Assembly: GCA_002633005.1 (NCBI GenBank)
Contig: NMRA01000071.1
Location: forward strand, 823,463-887,462
Origin: Phoronis australis
Taxonomy: Eukaryota; Animalia; Phoronida
Direction: 5' to 3'
DNA length: 64,000 bases
Shown: positions 62,207 through 64,000 of the stretch, one piece after another
Layout of the letters: each line of letters starts with the position of its first letter
Position numbering within the stretch: position 1 is the first letter of the stretch
The notes under the pieces: generated by a model
Database searches by the model: none
What the model was told of the DNA's origin: nothing
What the model saw: only the letters and a program-made list of their open reading frames with translations
Made by a program: the position numbers and the translations under genes

Positions 62207-62288
62207 TGGCGGGAAACCGAGGGCAGATTCGAACCCGGACCTCAAGAGTTTCGACTCGCCGACTTTACCACCACACCACTCAGCGGCT
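62207..62288 (-). pseudogene. tRNA-derived (SINE-head-like) sequence
   Basis: Minus strand gccgctgagTGGTGTGGTGGtaaagtcggcgagtcgaaactcttgaggtccgGGTTCGAATCtgccctcgg has A- and B-box-like motifs, but the cloverleaf is imperfect. Confidence 0.5.
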
Positions 62289-62829
62289 GACGTCATCGAA
62301 CGTGAAAATAGAATACTTAAATGAGCACGCGCAACAATCGCATGTTCAGCAAAGGGTATTGCACCGACATTTATACGCTATGAAAAATAAGACGCATAAT
62401 TTCCATAAAAACGATATTTTAATTCAGTGAAATTTTTCTCTCGTGTTATCTCATTTGTAAATCACCGATCTTCAATTTGAATGCTGGTATCGTGTCGTCG
62501 GGATCCTTTGACTTGAGCATTATACTCAACAGACGATATTTTCCCTGTCGAAGCTTAACGTGATAAAATATGTAGTAAGATATAATAGGTGCTAAACCTT
62601 AATTCATAGATTCATTTTATTTCTATTTTGTTTAAATTTTCAATTGGTTTTGAGTAAAAGCATTATTTGACAAAAATAGCTCGGCTTTTCTTAAAAGGTC
62701 ACGACCTCCGACCCGGGCCTCTGACATAGAAAGTAGTTTCAAAGCCGAGACGAGTCGAGAAAGGTAGATCGATTCATTGCAATGTTTCTCGTTTAGTGTG
62801 TGGTATAAATAGATTTGTACATGTTCTCA

Positions 62830-62952
62830 GTCGTTATCTCACTTATCTAGAGCCCTCGTGGATTTTGTAGAATTATTGCCCTCAGGGGGAACGCCCCTAG
62901 GGCGATACTTCCCCAAAATCCACTCGGGCTCTAGATAACGGGGGATAACGAC
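62830..62952. repeat. Long imperfect hairpin (~55-bp arms)
   Basis: gtcgttatc...ttatctagagccc..gtggattttg pairs with caaaatccac..gggctctagataa...gataacgac. Confidence 0.8.
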
Positions 62953-64000
62953 TTCGCCATGTAATAATCTATATTTATTATCTTCATTGCAATTGTTTTT
63001 ACCATAATTATAATTATAATTAGCATAATTACTGTTATTATTTCATCTCCCACTATAATATGTATTCCCAATTACGACATCGTTACACTAATTACAATGA
63101 TTTTAGAATTCACCAATAACAGTTGGAATACGTCTCACAAAGAAAGACAACGTCAATAATTACAAAACCTTGTTCAATAGCTATACACCTGGTTTAATGT
63201 TAAACAAGAACCTAAGGAAACTTGATTAACTTGAACATAATATCTTACATATAGCTTATCGTATTCATGTGAAACTTACAGACACTTTCCTTTGCGTTCT
63301 CCAAAACTGTAGGAACTGTTTTTAGGATGTCCCACCTTTGATTGAAGGGTCATGGAAATGGTATTTTCTAGTCGGTGGGCCAGATCTCATAGCGTTCATC
63401 CTTGTGAGTACTTTGGGGGGGCAACCTAGTTTTTTCTATGTGGCTAAAAAATATACCTATAAATCAAATTCCAAAAAGTTCCCACGTCTACACTTGCACA
63501 TTTTTTTTAAAAAAAGGTGTTTTTGTTGCACAAAATATGATGCACATTCCTGCCACTTGATGGCGCTTTTCTATTGAATTGACCAATCAGAGAGCCAGAT
63601 TGTATTGTTGTGCTTAGTTACTTCAATATGGCTGCTCCCATGGAGGGTGATGCCTGTATAATTCAAGGTTTATCAAACAGCACAAAATTGTGATGTCAGA
63701 GCCTAAAGAAGCTTAGGAAAGCTTCCTGACGAAAGCTGATTGACCGTGGAACTCTGTAGATCAGTAGATAAAAAAGAAGAAGAGGTGTCACAAACGTTTG
63801 TGCAGAAAACAGCTGAATGTCCTGGTAGCCTACACAGTGTACTGCTGAGTGCCGTAGACTAGAAGACCAAGTGTCAGACCAAAAAATTGAAAGGACATAG
63901 AACGGCATAGCAACGTTTCAAGGCACCAACAGTAGTACTAAAGCTGAAGTTGCTGAAAGTGATACAGATGTTATCCAAGATTTCCCAAGAAAATCAATTA

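Noticed and set aside
62207-62288. Functional tRNA gene
   Set aside because: Acceptor and anticodon arms do not form a canonical cloverleaf; treated as a tRNA-derived repeat.
63900-63960. Minus-strand GAAACGTTGC hammerhead half
   Set aside because: No upstream CUGANGA box or stem II partner.

Overview
AT-rich, intron-containing animal genomic DNA, probably a marine invertebrate such as a mollusc (inference from gene content and repeat style). Genes I could reconstruct by hand from splice sites and reading frame: the 3' exons of SIRT6 (+); a complete 9-exon glucose-6-phosphate 1-epimerase-like gene (-, 282 aa) head-to-head with a complete 10-exon PTCD2 gene (+, ~398 aa); a single-exon LRR-Ig-TM receptor (+, 926 aa); and the first large coding exon of a DEG/ENaC channel (+). 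The rest is decayed mobile DNA (Penelope fragments with hammerhead-like motifs, a LINE fragment, MITEs, a Helentron/HINE-like element, a YqaJ relic), a nucleotidyltransferase-TPR-like pseudogene and many minisatellites. The most striking pattern is that intronic tandem repeats in four different genes are built from the genes' own exon-intron junctions, giving arrays of decoy splice sites. Also notable are a mobile element carrying seven co-oriented CTCF-like motifs, an ENaC lacking the HG-motif histidine, and candidate microexons. All homology calls are from recognising motifs by eye; no searches were run.
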